From contig NZ_SRRP01000002.1 of the NCBI RefSeq assembly GCF_004785935.1, forward strand, positions 49,616 to 81,615: 32,000 nt of DNA, given 5' to 3'. Positions 21,311 to 29,260 of the stretch are shown one piece after another. Source of the stretch: Streptococcus rubneri (GTDB lineage: Bacteria; Bacillota; Bacilli; Lactobacillales; Streptococcaceae). The notes beneath the pieces were generated by a model that was not told where the DNA came from, made no database searches, and saw only the letters and a list, made by a program, of their open reading frames with translations. A program made the translations under genes and the position numbers. Position 1 is the stretch's first letter. Each line of letters begins with the position of its first letter.

Positions 21311-21340
21311 CATCTGTCAAGTGACAGATGTCATTTTTTT
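21311..21340 (+). terminator. Terminator after LevT-like gene
   Basis: CATCTGTCA-ag-TGACAGATG followed by TCATTTTTTT. Confidence 0.8.
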
Positions 21341-21377
21341 ATTGACAGATGTCAACTTTTCTTTGTGACAAATGACA
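21321..21377 (+). promoter_or_regulatory. Three direct repeats of KTGACARATGNCA upstream of the PTS operon
   Basis: GTGACAGATGTCA (21321-21333), TTGACAGATGTCA (21342-21354), GTGACAAATGACA (21365-21377); first copy overlaps the terminator arm. Confidence 0.6.
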
Positions 21378-21380
21378 ATA

Positions 21381-21394
21381 GTAAAACGCTTTCA
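21381..21394 (+). promoter_or_regulatory. cre (CcpA) site upstream of the PTS operon
   Basis: GTAAAACGCTTTCA (12/14 to TGWAANCGNTNWCA), upstream of -10-like TACAAT at 21402-21407. Confidence 0.7.
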
Positions 21395-21433
21395 AAAACA
21401 ATACAATAAGGTCATCATAAAGGAGGAGAAAGG

Positions 21434-21874
21434 ATGAAGTATCTGGTATTGGTCAGTCATGGTGGACTGGCAGAAGGTCTGAAAAGTTCGCTGGCAATGT
21501 TTGCTGGGGATAAGATCGATCAGGTGATTGCGGTCGGACTGAAAGAAGGCAAATCGGTAGATGATTTTGCTCATGATTTTGGTCAGGCTCTAGCACCTTT
21601 AACAGATGAGGACTCTGTCTTAGTTCTAGCAGACATTGTAGGTGGCAGTCCTTTGACAACGGCAGCGACAGTGCTAGAGGAGCAAGGAAAGCTGAGTACA
21701 GCCTTGATCTTAGGTGGTATGAACTTGACCATGGCGCTGACAGCAGTTGTGATGAAGGACATGATGGAGGGGGCTGATTTAGCCCAGGTGATTTTATCCG
21801 AAGCTTCCACAGCCTTGCAAGAATTTACCCTTGCCCCGGTAGAGGGTGACGATGATGAAGAAGATGATATTTAA
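21434..21874 (+). CDS. PTS Man-family EIIA component (LevD-like)
   Basis: MKYLVLVSHGGLAEGLKSSLAMFAG; DSVLVLADIVGGSPLTTAA. Confidence 0.88.
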   Translation: MKYLVLVSHGGLAEGLKSSLAMFAGDKIDQVIAVGLKEGKSVDDFAHDFGQALAPLTDEDSVLVLADIVGGSPLTTAATVLEEQGKLSTALILGGMNLTMALTAVVMKDMMEGADLAQVILSEASTALQEFTLAPVEGDDDEEDDI

Positions 21875-21891
21875 CTAAGGGAGGTTAAAAA

Positions 21892-22386
21892 ATGGTAGTA
21901 TCATTTGTACGGATTGACGACCGTATGATCCACGGTCAAACAGTAACTCGATGGGCTAAAGAAAAGCCTTGTGATGGCTTGATCGCCGTCAACGACGCAG
22001 CAGCTTCCAACAAGGTCTTGATCCAAGCCTATAAAGGGGCTTCAGATAAGAAAACCTTTGTTTGGACCAAGGAAGCTTTCAAAGAAAAATCTGCAAAAGT
22101 AACCGAATCAGAAACTCGCTATTTCTTGATTACCAAGAACCCCATCGATATGAAAGAAATTTTGGTCGACCAAGGGTTTGTCCCAGGGGATGTTAAAGAA
22201 ATCATTGTTGGTCCTGCAAATGACCGTCCAGGTGCTGTGAAATTGGGGAACAACCAATCCATCACCCAGGAAGAAGCAGAAGCCATTGAAGCTATTCAGG
22301 CTGCCGGCTACAAGGTAAAATTCCAGTTGCTGCCAGATGTTTCCATCGGTTATTGGGATGATTTTAAATCAAAATTCGGATTCTAG
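21892..22386 (+). CDS. PTS Man-family EIIB component (LevE-like)
   Basis: VVSFVRIDDRMIHGQTVTRWAKEKPCDGLIAVNDAAA. Confidence 0.92.
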   Translation: MVVSFVRIDDRMIHGQTVTRWAKEKPCDGLIAVNDAAASNKVLIQAYKGASDKKTFVWTKEAFKEKSAKVTESETRYFLITKNPIDMKEILVDQGFVPGDVKEIIVGPANDRPGAVKLGNNQSITQEEAEAIEAIQAAGYKVKFQLLPDVSIGYWDDFKSKFGF

Positions 22387-22448
22387 GGGGGAGAGCATCC
22401 TAGCTCTTCGTCACTAAACTATACTTACAAACAAAAGGAGCGTTTGTT

Positions 22449-23291
22449 ATGACAGTTTCATGGATTCAAGCAATCTTGCTTGGTATTTTCGCCAGTTTGT
22501 CTTCAATGCCTGGTATGGGTGGTACCAGTATCGGGAACTATACTCTTGGACGTCCTCTAGTCGGAGGGTTGATTTCAGGGTTGATCCTTGGAGATGTGAC
22601 AACCGGTATCATGGTCGGGGTTGCCCTTCAAGTCGTTTATATCGCCTTGGTAACACCTGGTGGTACCGTATCTGCCGATGTGCGGGCTATCTCTTATATC
22701 GGAATTCCTCTTTCTATCTTATTTGTTCATGCCAACAATATCACGGGTGAGGCAGCAATTGCAGCGGCAGCAGCCCCTATCGGTGCAGCCGTTGGGACCA
22801 TCGGTACCGTTCTTTTCTACGGTACTGCAACCATGAACTTGCTTTGGCAACACATCGGTTGGAAAGCCGTTGAAGAAGGAAACTTCAAAAAACTCTACGC
22901 AGTTGACTGGGTTTACCCATGGATTTCTCACTTCCTCTTTTCTTTCCTTCCAACGATGATTATCACCAAATACGGTGAAAACATGGTGGATTTGATGAAA
23001 CAATACCTTCCAATGGATGGTTACTGGATGAAAGCCCTCTTTACAGTCGGTGCTCTTCTTCCATGTGTCGGTATTGCCATCCTCTTGAAGCAAATCGTTA
23101 CAGAAGTGAGAGACTTCATTCCATTCTTTGTTGGATTCACCTTGGCAAAATCTCTTGGCTTGAACTTGGTAGCGAGTGCGGTGGTTTCATTGATCTTTGC
23201 GGTAATCTACTATGAACTTGAAGTGATTAAAACAATGAAAGTCGTCTCTGCTGGAGCAAATGACTTTGACGATGATGAGGAGGATATCTAA
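22449..23291 (+). CDS. PTS Man-family EIIC component (LevF-like)
   Basis: Polytopic; TLGRPLVGGLISGLILGDVTTGIMVGVALQVVYIALVTPGGTVSADV. Confidence 0.92.
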   Translation: MTVSWIQAILLGIFASLSSMPGMGGTSIGNYTLGRPLVGGLISGLILGDVTTGIMVGVALQVVYIALVTPGGTVSADVRAISYIGIPLSILFVHANNITGEAAIAAAAAPIGAAVGTIGTVLFYGTATMNLLWQHIGWKAVEEGNFKKLYAVDWVYPWISHFLFSFLPTMIITKYGENMVDLMKQYLPMDGYWMKALFTVGALLPCVGIAILLKQIVTEVRDFIPFFVGFTLAKSLGLNLVASAVVSLIFAVIYYELEVIKTMKVVSAGANDFDDDEEDI

Positions 23292-23292
23292 G

Positions 23293-24129
23293 ATGGCTGA
23301 TAAAAAGAAAATTTCAAAGAAAACGCTAACCAAAGCATTCCATCATTGGTATTATGGTCACTTGACCTGTTTCTCTCAAGAACACATGCAAACCTTTGGG
23401 TATTTGACTTCTATGCTTCCAATCGTAGAAGAAATGTATGATTCCAAAGAAGAACAAAAAGAAGCTATGCAAACCTATACTGCCTTCTTTAATACCGAAC
23501 CACAACTGGGATCACTGGTTGTAGGGATTACAGCTGGTTTGGAAGAAGCGCGTGCCAATGGAGATGCAGTAGATGGCGAAACCATCAACGGGATGCGTGC
23601 TGGTCTGATGGGACCAATCGCCGGGATTGGTGACTCCTTGGTTGTTGGGACCTTAATCCCTGTACTTCTCGGGATAGCCCTTGGTCTTTCTAAAGACGGA
23701 AACATTACAGGAGCTCTCTTCTACATCGTCGTTTGGAACCTTTTGGTATACTTGGGAATGCGTTTCGCCTTCTTCAAAGGTTATCACTTAGGGGACAAGG
23801 CTGTAGAATTCCTTGTAGGACCAAAAGGACAAGCCCTTCGCAAAGCGATCAGTGTAGTCGGTGGTATGGTCATCGGTGCTGTAGCAGCGACTTGGGTCTC
23901 TGTTACAACAGCCCTCGAATTCAAAAATGCTGACGGAGAAGCCTTCCTTAAAATCCAAGAAAAGATTGATGGTGTTTATCCAGGTCTCTTAACTGCTACC
24001 TTTATCACTCTTTGCTGGTGGCTAATGGCGAAGAAGAAAGTTTCACCAAACAAGGTCATGCTTCTTTTGGTCATCATCGCCTTGGCTGGGGTAGCTCTTG
24101 GAATCTTTGATCCAGGTCTCAAATACTAA
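23293..24129 (+). CDS. PTS Man-family EIID component (LevG-like)
   Basis: KISKKTLTKAFHHWYYGHLTCFSQEHMQTFGYLTSMLP...; INGMRAGLMGPIAGIGDSLVVGTLIPVLLGIA; likely ATG at 23293. Confidence 0.92.
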   Translation: MADKKKISKKTLTKAFHHWYYGHLTCFSQEHMQTFGYLTSMLPIVEEMYDSKEEQKEAMQTYTAFFNTEPQLGSLVVGITAGLEEARANGDAVDGETINGMRAGLMGPIAGIGDSLVVGTLIPVLLGIALGLSKDGNITGALFYIVVWNLLVYLGMRFAFFKGYHLGDKAVEFLVGPKGQALRKAISVVGGMVIGAVAATWVSVTTALEFKNADGEAFLKIQEKIDGVYPGLLTATFITLCWWLMAKKKVSPNKVMLLLVIIALAGVALGIFDPGLKY

Positions 24130-24163
24130 GAGAAAACTAGAAACAGTTTATTGCAACCGGAGC

Positions 24164-24211
24164 ATTGAGAATGAAGTACGTGACCTCCTTTACGAATACT
24201 TCATTCTCAAT
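24164..24211 (+). promoter_or_regulatory. Intercistronic stem-loop upstream of levX-like gene
   Basis: Perfect 15-bp inverted repeat ATTGAGAATGAAGTA / TACTTCATTCTCAAT with an 18-nt loop containing CCTCCTT. Confidence 0.75.
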
Positions 24212-24231
24212 TCTTATTGAAGGAGGCATTT

Positions 24232-24525
24232 ATGCACACCAGACAAGAATTAATAAAGGGGTATGAGACGGAAATTCACTACCAACGCCATATGTTGGAA
24301 AACTTGGGTCGCTGGTTTAGTGTGCTCTTTCTCATGGCCAGTATTGGTGGACTGCTGATTTATTTCTTTCACAAAACTTCTCTACTATTTTTGATCTTAG
24401 GTAGCTTGATTGCCCTATTTGGGCTAGTAGGGATGTTGCTAGTGGGGTATGGGATGTATCGTGGTCGAGCCAACTTGCAAAAAGTCATCCAAGCTTACCA
24501 ACAAAAGCTAAATTTAGTTGGCTAG
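24232..24525 (+). CDS. Small membrane protein (LevX-like by position; two TM segments)
   Basis: MHTRQELIKGYETEIHYQRHMLENLGRWFSVLFLMASIGGLLIYFF...; AAGGAGG RBS at 24220-24226 supports start at 24232. Confidence 0.7.
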   Translation: MHTRQELIKGYETEIHYQRHMLENLGRWFSVLFLMASIGGLLIYFFHKTSLLFLILGSLIALFGLVGMLLVGYGMYRGRANLQKVIQAYQQKLNLVG

Positions 24526-24532
24526 AAATCGA

Positions 24533-24560
24533 AAGCACTTCGAGATTGAGGTGTTTTTTT
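24533..24560 (+). terminator. Terminator of lev PTS operon
   Basis: AAGCACTTC-gagatt-GAGGTGTTT plus T tract. Confidence 0.7.
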
Positions 24561-24561
24561 C

Positions 24562-24589
24562 TTGACTATTTTTGACCAAGTGATACAAT
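24562..24589 (+). promoter_or_regulatory. groESL promoter
   Basis: TTGACT - 16 nt - TACAAT directly before CIRCE. Confidence 0.8.
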
Positions 24590-24600
24590 AGAAACATAAC

Positions 24601-24627
24601 TTAGCACTCGATGTCAAAGAGTGCTAA
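24601..24627 (+). promoter_or_regulatory. CIRCE operator (HrcA)
   Basis: TTAGCACTC-gatgtcaaa-GAGTGCTAA, perfect match. Confidence 0.97.
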
Positions 24628-24649
24628 AATACAGGAATGGAGGAACGAT

Positions 24650-26580
<1,931 letters not shown>

Positions 26581-26587
26581 TCTGATA

Positions 26588-26620
26588 CCAATGATTGGTG
26601 CTAAAGCACCGAATCATTGG
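26588..26620 (+). repeat. Strong hairpin immediately downstream of groEL
   Basis: CCAATGATT-GGTGCT-aa-AGCACC-g-AATCATTGG, 15 bp with one bulge. Confidence 0.8.
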
Positions 26621-26652
26621 ACGGTAGTCGCTATGTTGCGGCCTACCTAATC

Positions 26653-27353
26653 ATCTTACTAAGAAAACAAAGAAGGCATTATCGGCCTTCTTTATTTTCT
26701 GTCGTAACCTGTGTGTTTGATTGAGGCTTTGCCTCTAATCATTTGACGCCAACCACTATCAGGTGGCTTGGCTAAACGTCTTACTAGCTCAAAGGGAGGA
26801 AAGTATCGTTCCTCCCTTTTCACGTCGTAACCCCGTGGTCAATTTATTAGGTGGCTTTGTAGTTTACGGCAAGCACCATGGTGCCTTACCGAAGTGTCTT
26901 ACTAAGAAAACAAAGAAGGCAATATCGGCCTTCTTTATTTTCTGTCGTAACCTGTGTGCTTGATTGAGGCTTCGCCTCTAATTATTTGACGCCAACCACT
27001 ATCAGGTGGCTTGGCTAAACGTCTTACTAACTCAAGGGGTTAGTAGAATCTTTTCAATCTTCGACCAATCATAGGATGAACTGTCTGACGCAGTAGCTGA
27101 TTGGTTTCTTCCTTCGCTTTTCCAAGCTTGGAAGAGTCCTAATCAGCCTTGCGGGGGCGAGACAACGAACGAATGATTAAAATATTCGTTCTATCTCGCT
27201 CCCTTTTCACGTCGTAACCTATGTAATGGCAAGCACTATTGTGCCTTACCGAAGTGTCTTGCTAAGAAAACAAAGAAGGCATTATCGGCCTTCTTTATTT
27301 TCTGTCGTAATCTGTGTGCTTGATTGAGGCTTCGCCTCTAATCATCTTACGAA
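26653..27353. repeat. Tandem array of hairpin modules with alternating GTCTTACTA / GTCGTAACC linkers
   Basis: Three copies of the core starting at 26655, 26898 and 27259 (first two 132 bp and nearly identical, third missing about 37 bp); 11 linkers alternate strictly. Confidence 0.85.
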
Positions 27354-27480
27354 CTCAAAGGGAGGAAAAGGTGTTCTTTTCATCTTTATTTTAATGAGTT
27401 TCCATAAAATTTCACAATCTTAAAAAGGTTTCTGTTTTACTTATTTTCTTTTGTGTTTCAAAACATTGGAATGATAAAAC

Positions 27481-27588
27481 AACATAGATATATTATTGTC
27501 GAGCGAAATGAGTTGTGCCTTTTTCTTTTATTTTTTAATCTGATATCAATCAGAAGTGTTAAAAAAGACAGCTCATTCACACTATGTT
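27481..27588. repeat. Nested inverted-repeat element
   Basis: Four co-nested arm pairs: AACATAG/CTATGTT, AATGAG/CTCATT, TTTTTTAA/TTAAAAAA, TCTGAT/ATCAGA. Confidence 0.55.
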
Positions 27589-27684
27589 TATTTTACTCTT
27601 GGTAATTCTTCTGCTTCCTCTTTGCTATTAAAATGCAATACAAAATCCTTTGTCTTGTAACATTTTTAGTGTAAACTAATAGAA

Positions 27685-27878
27685 GTAGATAAAAGATCTA
27701 CATCGGGGCAAGGACAGGATTACTTCCCACATATTTGCCTTAAGACAATAAAACTTGATCGAACAAGCGGGTCTCTCAGGAGTTCCTAAAAACTTTTATC
27801 GACCTTTTTCATATTAAAAAATATTTTTGCCTGTCCTTGCCAATTAGCTCCTCCAGAATTTTCTGGGGGAGTTTTTTT
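27685..27878 (+). ncRNA. Candidate structured small RNA with own promoter and terminator
   Basis: Perfect 12-bp long-range pairing GGCAAGGACAGG (27707-27718) / CCTGTCCTTGCC (27830-27841); 5' hairpin GTAGAT/ATCTAC; promoter-like TTGTCT-16-TAAACT upstream; strong terminator at the end; no ORF. Confidence 0.55.
27848..27878 (+). terminator. Rho-independent terminator of the candidate small RNA
   Basis: CTCCTCCAGAA-tt-TTCTGGGGGAG-TTTTTTT. Confidence 0.9.
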
Positions 27879-27988
27879 ATTTCATAAACATTTCACATTT
27901 CTTTTCTATAATAACTATAACAAATGATGAAAGCGAGTCCAGTTTCTATCAATAAACTGGGAGTCTTTCTTTTAGATGGAGGTAGGAG

Positions 27989-29254
27989 ATGTTTCTCTTG
28001 CAACAGGCAATCGCTTATATTTCTCGAAAAAGAACGAGGAATCTGGTTCTCTTTCTGATTCTCCTCTTGATCCTCTCTTGCTTGTATTTCTGTTTTTCAC
28101 TGATGCAAGTAGGAGGAAGACTGGAGGACCATATCAAGCAGTCGGCTGGGACCAGTTTTGCTCTGACCAGTAAACAGGGGACTGCCCCCTTTGCTCTGAA
28201 GGAAGCTAAAAAAGTGCAGCAACTAGCTGGGGTAGGATCCATGGTCCCCCAATATGAAAGTCCCGTTCGCATTCTTGATAAAGAAGCGGTGACGGGACAG
28301 CAGTCGGTGGAGCGAGACGATTTGGGGCAGGAAGCCAAGCAAGCGCTAGGCGCTGTATTCACCCAGAAGACAGACCAGCACCTGGATTTCCGCAGTGGTA
28401 GTTTCCAACTGATGCAAGGCAAACACTTATCCGACAAGGCTCGCGGGCAGATCTTGATCCACCAAGAGTTGGCTAAGAAGAACAAGCTAAAGGTCGGAGA
28501 TTCCTTGACTTTATCCAGCTTTCAGATGGGAGAGACTCCTGCCAAAGAGCAAACCTTTAAAATCGTTGGGATCTTTTCGGGTAAGAAACAGGAAAAATTC
28601 ACAGGAATGACCTCTGATCTGAGTGAGAATCAAGTCTACCTCCCTTATGAGGATGCGACTAAGCTTCTTGGTCTCAGTCAGCAAGAAGTGACCCAGGTCA
28701 CCTTTGGAGTCAAAGATCCTGAGAAAATCGATGCCCTCTTGAAGCAAGTTAAAAGCTTGGATCTGGATTGGCAATCTCTGCGCGTGGTCGAAGATCGCAA
28801 GGCCTTTGACCAGATGAAGGAATCCTCTCAGACACTAGAAGGGCTAGTAAGGATCATGATGATCGTCCTCCTAGTGACTGGAGCCGGTGCCCTATCGCTC
28901 TTACTGAGTCTCTGGACACGGGAGCGGATCCATGAAATCGGGGTGCTCTTATCCATTGGGAAGAGCAAGGGACGGATCTTTGGACAGTTCCTCTTGGAAG
29001 TGGTGCTGGTATCCTTACTAGCGGTGATCCCAGCCTTTCTCATCGGACGGATGGTCAGCCATCGTTTCTTAGAGCAGTTTGTCGGACAGACAGGTCAACA
29101 GCAGACCCTAGACTTGCTCAACCAAATCCCTCAAGGCCTTTCCTTAGGAATCGCCTATGCTAGCCTCTTGTGCTTGATCCTTCTGTCGCTCGGTGTAACT
29201 ACCAGCATGATCTGGCGCAAGACCCCAAAAGAAATATTAACAAAAATGAGTTAA
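27989..29254 (+). CDS. ABC transporter permease, FtsX/MacB-like (Vex-type)
   Basis: N-terminal TM, large extracellular domain, three C-terminal TMs (LVRIMMIVLLVTGAGALSLLLSLWTRERIHEIGVLLSIGKSKGRIFGQFL). Confidence 0.88.
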   Translation: MFLLQQAIAYISRKRTRNLVLFLILLLILSCLYFCFSLMQVGGRLEDHIKQSAGTSFALTSKQGTAPFALKEAKKVQQLAGVGSMVPQYESPVRILDKEAVTGQQSVERDDLGQEAKQALGAVFTQKTDQHLDFRSGSFQLMQGKHLSDKARGQILIHQELAKKNKLKVGDSLTLSSFQMGETPAKEQTFKIVGIFSGKKQEKFTGMTSDLSENQVYLPYEDATKLLGLSQQEVTQVTFGVKDPEKIDALLKQVKSLDLDWQSLRVVEDRKAFDQMKESSQTLEGLVRIMMIVLLVTGAGALSLLLSLWTRERIHEIGVLLSIGKSKGRIFGQFLLEVVLVSLLAVIPAFLIGRMVSHRFLEQFVGQTGQQQTLDLLNQIPQGLSLGIAYASLLCLILLSLGVTTSMIWRKTPKEILTKMS

Positions 29255-29260
29255 GGAGAA

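Noticed and set aside
26763-26963. 66-aa plus-strand ORF in the array (MAWLNVLLAQREESIV...)
   Set aside because: Runs across repeated hairpin blocks and is not maintained in the other copies; no recognisable RBS.
26701-27315. 16S rRNA 3'-end fragments because GTCGTAAC also occurs in 16S (AAGTCGTAACAAGG)
   Set aside because: Only 8 nt match; flanking sequence lacks AAGGTAGCC and other rRNA features.
26653-27353. CRISPR array
   Set aside because: Repeated blocks are palindromic and homologous along most of their length, spacing is 40-191 nt, there are no unique uniform spacers and no cas genes in the window.
27685-27878. RNase P RNA, tmRNA, SRP RNA or T-box leader
   Set aside because: No GAGGAAAGUCC, GGAAGCAGC or AGGGUGGUACCGCG type signatures; a 6S RNA identity remains open.
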